64,000 nt of DNA from Tubiluchus corallicola (Eukaryota > Animalia > Priapulida), in the NCBI GenBank assembly GCA_030141605.1, contig JAQGDQ010000272.1, positions 62,001-126,000 of the forward strand. The letters are read 5' to 3'. Of this stretch, positions 13,701 through 24,400 are shown one piece after another. Every line of letters starts with the position of its first letter. Within the stretch, counting starts at the first letter, position 1. The notes beneath the pieces were generated by a model. That model made no database searches, was not told the DNA's origin, and saw nothing but the letters and a program-made list of their open reading frames with translations. The position numbers and the translations under genes are program-made.

Positions 13701-15383
13701 AGGTATATTATATTCAAATATGTTTATAGTTGAGTAACTTCACATTATTGTATCAAGTGCTTGTTTTTATCTTTTGCTCGATTGTGCATAATAACATCTG
13801 AATACCTGCGACATAAAGATATATATAATGCACCTATCGGTGGACAATAGGTAGCTTGCTGTGTGCGCTGCTACGAGCCAAAGATAAAAGTTTTTATACG
13901 GACCTTAAAACCAGAGATTTCATTGGGAAAAATACGCGTAAGTGTCAGCTATAAACTCTTGTTAAGTGTTTCATTTTACCTTTTTTCTTTTCTTTTTTCA
14001 TAATTTTTTAGGTAATACATGCAGTAAATTATGAATCCTTGTTGTCATGGACGGCGTCACACTGGTGTCAGAAGTGGGATTCGAACCCACGCCAGGAAAC
14101 CAGACTGCGATGTCGTGTGATGCCGTCTATGATAACAAGGACGCGTTGGGTCGAAATGCTAACCAAGGAATTAAACCAAAAATTACTGAATCACGACTGA
14201 CTTAATAACAGCATCCAAGAAAAGAAAACAAAATGAAACCCGAAGCCGAACATAGCCCAGAACGCACTGCCCTCGAGTGTACGAGAACAGGTTACACACT
14301 CGAGAAAATTGGCCTAGAAAACTGAACTCTGATTGGCCCCCGCATTTTACATTCAGTACACTACATTTTCATGAAGCGTGTGGTTTCCGAGACCGTTTAA
14401 TCCTGCGACCCGCCACATTATATATATACATAAGTATTTATATACCATGTTACCTTATAAGGTTATATACATTAATAAGCAAAGGTTACAACAACATTAC
14501 ACAGTTTTCCAAGCAAGAATATCTCGAAATAGAACCGGAACTTACTCCTAGTTGTGTGTCCTGGTGGAAATAAGAAGAAAAAAGTACTAAACACCCCCTC
14601 TGAGACCGCCATGCAATGCTTCACAAACGTTTCTTGTTTCGTCAAAATTTGTGAAAAAAGGCCGGTGATAATGTTCCCATTTTGAGACCCTATACTCGCC
14701 TTTCTTCACAAAGTTTCGTGGAAATCCGTTAGATAGTTTTTGCAAAATAAGCTTACTGCCATAACAGACAAAAACAGCCAAATAAACAGACAAACAAACT
14801 GTGCCGAAGCATAATTTCTTTGGTAACAGCCAAATAAACAGACAAACAAACTGTGCTGAAGCATAATTTCTTTGGTAGAGGTAAAAATAACTAAAATAAT
14901 TATCCCCACTGTAACCCTAATCCTAAAAACATATTTTATTAAGCGTGACATTGTTTCCTATGCCTTTTCACCTACTTTTCGTTTGTGCTATTTTTTCCTG
15001 TGCCATTTTTACCTACGTTTCCATTTGTGTCATTTTTACCTACTTTTCCATTTGTAGCATTTTTCCTGTGTCATTTTTACCTACACTCAACTCCCAATAT
15101 TTCTAGTATATTATATAGAAATTATAAAATTTCACGATACGATTATGTTAACTCCAACGTATGAACACACTAAAGGTTATTACTAATTTGTTATTGTCAG
15201 TATAATAAGAATAACATTCATTTTACTTCCTTTTTGTACAAATGTCTTTGCTATTTCTGATATAATGAATCAAATTTACTTCAAATGTAACCTCCTAATT
15301 ACTGATTCTAATACGTGTGGGATGAACCGAGCCAAGGTTAATAGATTTGGCACAATTAGCTATATATAATCGGCCGAATACTG

Positions 15384-15443
<60 letters not shown>

Positions 15444-18400
15444 TGTCACATCTCTGTAAGAAATCTGAGATTCCTAATGTGGTGTTTGGAATCCAAAAAT
15501 CAAATGGTATAATATCTCTGTATAATTTTATAACGACAGGAGCATTATTTGATTTAATGTAACATGTTTGAGTGTGTTGAAAAATATATCAATAATTTAG
15601 GTATTTTTTATGCTAAGAAACTGAACTTACATGTTTATATATATCATTATTCGTGTTTAACTTGTATACGTTAGGCAGTTAATTAAGTTAAACAGACACT
15701 CGGTATCAACAACACTAGTTAATTACCTACTCATACATCCAAAATAATAACAGCTAATGCAAGGATTTTACAGACATAATCTAATTGGTGATAATGCAAG
15801 GATTTTATACAATGTTTACAAGTAGGCACTAAAAGGTGGCTAAGTAGCTTATGATTATTTTCAATTCTTCACTATTTAGACCTACGTCATATATGCCTTT
15901 CATCCCATATTAACACTCCTTGATCACATTAGCGTTAATATCATATTTTCTTGCGTTAAATTACCAATATTACGCTTAATAAAAACATGTAAGTTAAGTT
16001 TCTTAGAATAAAAAATATCTAAACTGTTGATGTTTTTCAACATGTTACATTAAATCAAATATTGCTCCTGGCGTTATACAATTATACAGAGATATTATAC
16101 CGTTTGATTTCTGGATTCCAAAGACCATATTATGAATCTCAGTCTTCTTACAGAGATGTGGCAATTTAGAGGACAGATTTGCAATAACAGGCAACAAATT
16201 TCCATAGGTTCGTCATGGCAACCCGAACATTCTATAATACCTGTATTCCAGGCTACACATAAACGATTTTTAATCCAAACGATTTTTAATAATATTTTTA
16301 ATATAATGTTTTTAATACATTTTAATACCCAACCGCCAAGCCTGACAATCATAATACGATGAGCAATACGTTTGCATTGTTTTTTGTGTAAGCAGTATGT
16401 TTATTGAGCCAAAGCTCGTTATAACACAATTAGTTTAACCAATGAATTCTCCGTTTTTTCTCTCGCAACTTGTTGCGCGACAAATTAAGAGAAGTTGCTA
16501 AGCCATTAATACGTACGGCTTAACTTACAGAGAGAAGTTGCGCAACAAGTTGCGAGAGAAGTCTCTATAAGTCTGAACGCGCCATCAGAGAGAAGTTGCG
16601 CAACATGTTGCGAGAAAAGTCTCTATATGTCTGAACGCGCCATCAGAGAGAAGTTGCGCAACAAGTTGCGAGAGAAGTCTCTACATCTGAACGCGCCATT
16701 AAAAACGCCTACATCTTCATAAGGATTACTCATAACTATATTACCGACATGAGTTACTTGATTAACCCACGTCAGAAGCATGTTACATTAACAGATGGTC
16801 GGGTTAATCAGCAACTGATATATGTCTTTTTGTTTACAAAATCTAATACACAGCTCGTAAAAGGTTAATTCCATATTCATTACAGTATGTGTCACAAATA
16901 TTTAGCATTTGCTGCAGTGCTGGAGCTAGCACGCTCAAATTATCAGCATAAGAAAATGTCCCATAGAAGCGGCTGCCAATGTGACACCCATAACCAGGTT
17001 GTTGCAAACGAATCAACAGTCCATCTACATATTACGCTAAACAACGTGGGTGGCAAAACTCCACCTTGTTGAACGCCTAAATTCTGCTTATAATTCCGCT
17101 TATAATTTCAAAAGCTGCTTGTTGTTATTGCGTTATGCACTACAACGAATAAACATCATCTAAAGTAGTAGTTTCCAAAGACTATGTAGATTGTAGTATG
17201 TTTCCACAATAATGAACATCAGTGGATGGTCCAAAGAGCACTTGTGATATTGGAGTTGTTGTTATCGTCGTCATTGTCGTCATTGTCGCTATTGTTGTCA
17301 CATTCAGCAGCAGTGGCGATGGCACAGTGTGGGTGGTAAAATGTGGTTGGTGTGGTGAATGTAGTGTAGCGTGGTGGGTGCATCATGTTGGGGTGATGTG
17401 GAGTGGCATAGTGTGGGTGTGGTGTGGTGCAGATGATGTGGTGCGGCTTGTCGTTGTGAGTTTATGTGCAAAATTCTTTTGTGGGGTTTGGCTAGTTCAT
17501 ATTAATCTCAAGAACACCAGCTGATTTTAAGATGTGTTATTTCACAATATTTGTGGTATTTTATTTCGTCAGGTACCTATAATTTTTATAGTACTGTACT
17601 GAAACCCGATTTAGAACATTAGAGAGAACCGGGCCGAATCCGTCGTGTGAATTAACTGCGACAACTTATGTATTAACTGTGAAAAAGGTGGGTCGAGTTC
17701 CAATACATTACAAAAGAGCCAAAGCTACTCCAAGTCTTATTCGTTTTATTTTGCATGAGATAAAAACGCGGCATTCATCTAATTTTGTAACTTTACGTCA
17801 AGGATTGGCACATTTGTATGTTTGTGAGTTTCTTTGCGCAGCGCGGCACCTCAAAAAGCAGTGAAAGAATTTCGAGGAGGGGCGTGTCTATATGAAGAAA
17901 AGTAAATTATTTGTTAATATTGATGTGTGAAGAATTTTGTTTGTCGTTATGATAAAATACCGCAGCAATACAATAAAGGACAGTATGAAGGACGACGTCT
18001 TCGATTTAAATAATACTCTAATTAATAATTGACAAAAGCAACGAAAACGCCAAAAATATTAATAGGAGAGTAAAGGTAACAAACTACTAGAACAAAATGT
18101 AATAGAATTTTTCTCTTCAGATTGTATTAGAATGTGGTCTTCAAGTGCCTTCAACAAAAATTGGGCAAAAATCGGTTTTGCTACTTTTGAGATATACGCA
18201 TAAATCCAAGATGGCGCCTACTTGGGCCAAACATCATGTATATCTCCTAACCCATTGCGCCTAGATGGAAAATATGTATTATTGACTGATAAGAAAGTGG
18301 AACAGAGAATTCCAAAAATGCAGTCATTTTTCAACTGTGAGGTCGGAATGATGTCACAATAGTATTATGACGTAATTAAGAACATCTCTGCAGATTTTGG

Positions 18401-21400
18401 GTTCTCGTAGTTTCAAAAGTGTTATACATCCAAATGCACGCACGTTTTTAAAGCAGAAGCTTATTCTTTTGTGACATGGTACAAAAGCGAGTAAGAGCAC
18501 GAAACAATATTGTATTGTTATAATATACTACAAGTATTGCTGAATCAACAGCGACTCCATCACTAGTTCCAGTTTAATTTTGGCATAAACTTTGTTCGGC
18601 CATGTTTGGATTTTATTATTTAATTACAACAACCATTTATTAGAATTAATAGACCTAACAGTTAACTTTGAGGCACCTGATTTGGGCACGCAGGTTATTT
18701 AGTCACGTAGGTAATGTGAACACGTGCATAAGCTTTTAAAGGAAAACCGGACCTAATCTTAAATTATATCAGTCAAACTCAATCAAATTACTTCAATATC
18801 ACTATCAATTCAATCAACGTATAGCTCAAAATAATCTACCCTTTAAAATATTGAAAGGAAACATACCATTTCAAGAATGACTTAAGTGAAAGATTTATTA
18901 TCACAAAAAAGTAATTTCACGTTCGTGCGGCTTGTTCTTTTTGCTGTTACACACATTTCGATATTCTATTGTTAGACGGGCGCAATATACTTTTTTAACT
19001 ATACGCTGTGCATTTTGACTTTCTTTTTGAACCGGTAGTATATGTTACGGCCGGTTCAAAAAAACAGTCAAAATGCACAAAGCATAGTTAAAAAAGTATG
19101 TATTGTTGGCCATCTTGTCCCTTCAAGTGAGCGCTTTTGGAAGTAATTCTCGAAAATTTCAATTTGTAATTTTTGAATATTTGTTAATTGTAAAATAGTG
19201 TATGAACCTAAATCACGGATTTTCTTCATTTAACTTATCATTAATGGACCATATTGCATTATTAATTAAACTACTCTAAGAATGTTCATAGTGATTCATG
19301 GCAACAATTGACTAAATGTTTTCCGAATTACCATTGCAATGTATTTTTTTATTTTAGAATTTTTACAATATCATGTTTTGAAGATCTGAAAATGAAAACT
19401 AGAGTCTTTCGAAGTGTCATTGTTTACACATGCCATTGTAATTATTTCACAAATACCATTGTGCGATTTTTTTGTGATAATTGATTGATTTTTGGCGAAG
19501 AATTTCATGATAATCTTGTATCCAAATTGCCTATGTGTCCAAAATGTCTTTTGTCCATGTGACTTTTATGTCCAAAATACCATGTGCCCAAATGATCTGC
19601 GTAACCAACTTTCTTGTGTTCAAACTACCTACTTGTGTCCTGTGTTCAAATTTCTTATGTGCGTAAGTCATCTAGGTATCCAAATTATCTATGGATTATG
19701 TGATAATTGTGATAATATAGGACCAGTACAGACAGTGCCCAAGTTGCCTATGTGTTCAGTTTACCTGCGTCCAAACGTTTTATGTCGAGTTGTCTGCACA
19801 CGGGGGCTGGTGAATTTCCAGGCTACTCATTTCACTCGAAAAAGTATCCCAAAGCTTTCAGGTCACTGTCCCAAATATATCCCTCAAGACAGCAGATGTC
19901 CGAGACACACAGTGCTTCAGATTCTCGAGCGCTTCAATAATGTTCTAATATAATAAACCGTACTGTCCTGTCGTTTGTTGTCTTTGTACCGCTAGCAAAA
20001 GATTTTGTACTAGCCTAAGATCACCACCTTATTACAGAGAAAGAAAATCAATTTCGATCAAAAAAGTAATGGAATGGTGATCACTAATCGAAGATCATGA
20101 AAAAAACTACAGTAAACAGAATGACGTCTGGAGAACCAGTTGCATCTTCAAAAGAAAAAAGAAATAATTATCTCAGTTTTGCAGAAAGTTTGGTAGAGGC
20201 TCTCGCATTTAAAGTTTGCCCTTCTAGTTCTCCACTATTTTTGTGTGACCTATGCATTTTTTGTTCAATGGCTACAACTGGCCGGAGTCACGACCGGACC
20301 AAGACTGACCACGACTAACCCAACTTTTGACAGACTGAATCGAGTCCGCAAACCTTATGGAAATATTAGACCCAAATGAGACCAGACTACATTCTGTCTA
20401 CAAAGGCAAATCATGCACATTACAGATACTGTAATTTCAATGCAATGCCACTAAGGATGACGCTAACTGTGTTGACCAACATTCGGTAACAGAGCTAGCA
20501 TTGCAGTATTGTAAATACACTAATCTGTTCATGCTTATGTAAACGCTCTGCGTAGTTTGCTTGCCTATTTGCATCTGTGTCTTGCGAATGCCCGCAGCTT
20601 TGTAAAGAGCAACCTCCGCTGAAAGCTCTCCTGGCGAGTGCGTATATTTCTTTAACATTATGGGTTACTGACTTTAGCATCGGAAGTATGCTGGAAGCTG
20701 TTGCTCCAGCCAATAAACTGTGCATTAAGGTGTGTTTTAAATTACTGCGCCTACAGGCCAATCAACATCAACTTGGAAGTAGTGCCCGTCTCCATGGTGA
20801 CATGACAGCAGAGGACGTTACTATGGTGACAGGTCAGCAGAGGCTCGGTGCTAGGTGTTGCTAAGGATAGATATTTTTAGATGACATAAGTTAACCAAGT
20901 TTAGCCTCAGAATTGAGGCATATAAGGACCAACATTATCAGCTGGAAAGTAGCCAGTTTATAGACACCAGTGCTTTTCTACACATTCGGCACCAGGCATA
21001 TTCATACTCTCTTGGACTTACTGTGGATGTTCTGCAGTGTACTTTATATTCAAAATACCATACGATCACATTTGCTAAACAAGACTTTGTGTTTTATACT
21101 TCGATACACGACAATAATTATAGTGCATATCCTAAGAAACGTCTTCAATCTATAACCAGTACTGCATTACAAAACCATATTATTATTACTGGTACTGAAC
21201 AAAGACTTCATTCATTATTACTGATACCGAGCTACAAAACTCCATCATTATTTTTGTTCTACTAATTTTCATGCGGTGAAAAACTTATTGCTGTCATGAT
21301 TGCTTTGTAGTATGGTTGCTTATGTCCGATTTATGTCCTTATGTGGGACTTTTGTGCTAAAGTTATTTTCTTGGTTAAAAGTTAATGATTGTGACCTACG

Positions 21401-24400
21401 GTCCAAAAAATTGGGTGCTATTTTTTTCAAGCCTAATGGGGGCACCATTTTTAATTGGGTTCAGATCAGAGAAATGCCTCACTATTCACTACAAACACCT
21501 GAAAACTCACGGAAAAGGAGCAACCCATTTTAGGGTATTTCACTGAACCGGAAGTAGGGCATGCCCAAATATTTCACTGTACAAAATCTGAAAATTACTG
21601 GAATGTGGTATTTTAGAATGCTGAATACGGATATGAACTTTTCTGGGGCGGAGGGTTCTACTTGCACAGGCCGACAACTTTATAGGGACCAAAAATGGGG
21701 CACATCGTAGTATTTAGCACAAAATCCTAAGTATTGCAAGAAAGGGGGTTTTTGCGACACACTGAATGGAAATCTACTTTTGGTTTCACTGAACGACAGC
21801 ATCTAGTTGCTCTATCGTCTGTCTGACTCCGCTAGAATTGCTTATAGTTTCAAAGCCAGTTCCATTATTCACTCTCTTGTTATTTGCATACTCAGCTGTT
21901 TGACATAATGTGCTTGATGCTAAAGTAGCTGCCTAACCCATGTGTCACCATGGCCCGACTACAGTAAAACAGACATTGCATGGAGAAGTTGAGATAATAA
22001 ATTTACTCATCTTTACAGTAGACCGATTATATTACTAACGTTATTGTTTAATTTGCTGTAATAGTACGCTTGAAGTGCATACAATAAATTGCAGAATACA
22101 GTCATATGGAATTAAGATTTTTCGTCCAGTTATTTATTTATTTATTCTCCGCAAATTTAACTATTATAATAACTCAAAAGCCTAGCAAGCTAAGGTCACT
22201 AAGCTCACAGGGTTGGTAGCCCTTGTCGGCGGATGAACAACAGTATGGTGACCACTGACCACCGGTCAAAGGTGGAAAGGCAGTGGGCGTTGGTCAGTTT
22301 TCCTTTAGGTCGCATCTCTTCCTAGGGCCTTCGGTTTTTTCCATTTTTTACAAGTATTTGGGTACTGTAGGGTAGATGTGCACCTGGGGTCTTAAAAAGT
22401 TGACAAGCTTCAAACGCCCGAGAGATGGGCCAAAATACAAAATTTGGGGTCCCCCATTTGGTGACCTTTTATATGCTGAGGGCTAGGGACAAAAAGCTTA
22501 CAGGGCACACTCTCCGGGCAAAGTTATTTGTGTGTACATGTGACACAAATTATCGGGTTAAAGGTCACGGAACGAGGGAGTCTTCATTTATTTTTCTTCA
22601 TGATTCATCTACTCCCGTAGTTTTTGAGCTAGGGCCACAATATTTGGTATGTTGCTAGGTGGGGTCGCACTCTAGGTGGGGGGCTACAAAATATGGGACA
22701 TGCACGTATACGGAAATTTTCCGCTAGGGCAAAAACCGAAAAATAGGGGTCGCAAACAGAAATGTATTGAGCAATGATACCTTGTAGCACATCAAATGAA
22801 AGGTTTCGATGAGGCGAATCAAATGGTGTAGGTTACAATGAGAATCGTTAACATGTGGCCGAATTGGGGGCAAAATAGGGGTCGAGAAGACATTTGCCTT
22901 TCTAGTTAAACGTAGCTGGCTTGTAGTACGTCGAATGAAAAGTCTCAATGAGACAAACTAAATGGTAGTAATTACCCAGAGATTAGTTAATCTCTAACTG
23001 CAGCAAAAACTGGAAAAAGGGTGTCAAGAAAAAAATGCATCAAGTGTCGAGCAGTAGTACCATGTTACATATCATATGAAAGGTCTCGATGAGACGAATC
23101 GAATGACATATGATACAATGAGAGTGGTTAACTTGTGAACCCTCTAGAAACAAGGAGTTCAGGAGACAAATATCTTCTAGTGTCAACCGAAACTAACTTG
23201 TATCAAATGAAAAATCACAATGAGGCAAACTAAATGATATAAGTTATGCCGAGATTGGCTGACCTTTGACACCGGCGGGTGACGGGCTGAACAGTAAAAT
23301 GCTGAAGTTTCATTGTGAAATGCACTTTCCATGTATTCAAGTAAGGTGAATTCAATAAAAAATAAGCACTTTAAAAAGGCTGCCATCTCTTCATTTTTAA
23401 GGCTCAATTTTATAACTATTGTTTGCAAAATCTTCAGTTTCTGATCACGTCAGAAACATTGTCAGCTAGTTTATCACTTGAAATTGAAACTGCTCACGCA
23501 AACGTTGACGTAAATTTATTGCTAATTTTTCAGAGTGGCCTTCGAATAGCTCCAATTGAATCACGAACTGGCGAAATGGTCTTTCCGACACCAGAGTCAG
23601 TACGTCAAGCGGCGGTAGATTATAAGGACGCGTTCACGTCGCATTTTACAGCCCAGATTGTCGATCCGCCCAGTAGCAATGCTTACCCCATCAGCGGTAA
23701 AATGTGTAACATAAAAGTGGTTTAAATACTAGACGTTTAACAGCATTTTTAAAATGTCAACGTAACTAATTTGAGTGATACATTTTGATTTTGTAGGGAG
23801 CCGTTGCAATAAGAAGTATCTTAAATATGTAGTTGATTTGTAATTAGGTAACACACCTAGTAACATGACTAACATGCTATACGACATTTTTAACTCAGCA
23901 TAAGAAAGACAGAGAGACGGAGAGAAGAAGAGAAAAAGAAAAAGTAGAAGAGGGACAGAAAGAAAAAAGAGGATCGGGAGTGGATAAACCGAGAACAAAG
24001 AGAAAAGAGTGAAGAATATTAGGAGATAAAACAGAAAGGGGATAGAAAGAAAGTAAACATAATATAAGAACAGAAGGAGGGAGTCTAAGGGAAAGAGAGA
24101 GAAAGACAGCATGCACAAGATTACAAGACTAAAAGTACGTGTACTTGAACTTGAATCAGAAAAATCGAAAACTCATCTTTAATAACCAAATAATTTAGTT
24201 ACTAACCGCAATCAGGTTATAGAAAAACTGTTAGATTGGATACAATTATAGTCCAACTGCAACCTATATTTTATTCTTCCAGGTTACACTTACATCATTG
24301 TCCACATGTCCACCATGCAAAACTGTGACTCGGCAAAAGAGCTGGTCAGGTACTGTGATTGGTTCCTGCACGACGAAAGTGCCAGTAGAACTGCAGATCA

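Noticed and set aside
14063-14110. Functional tRNA gene
   Set aside because: 5' half, D arm and anticodon are missing and CCA is encoded, so it is a retro-copy fragment.
16528-16699. CRISPR-like appearance of this repeat and of 22791-23237
   Set aside because: Eukaryotic context and no cas genes; units are head-to-tail or have related, over-long spacers.
23729-24118. Hydrophobic minus-strand ORFs (also 46552-46761, 17222-17524, 35178-35436)
   Set aside because: Products of purine-rich or GT/GAT-rich low-complexity DNA.
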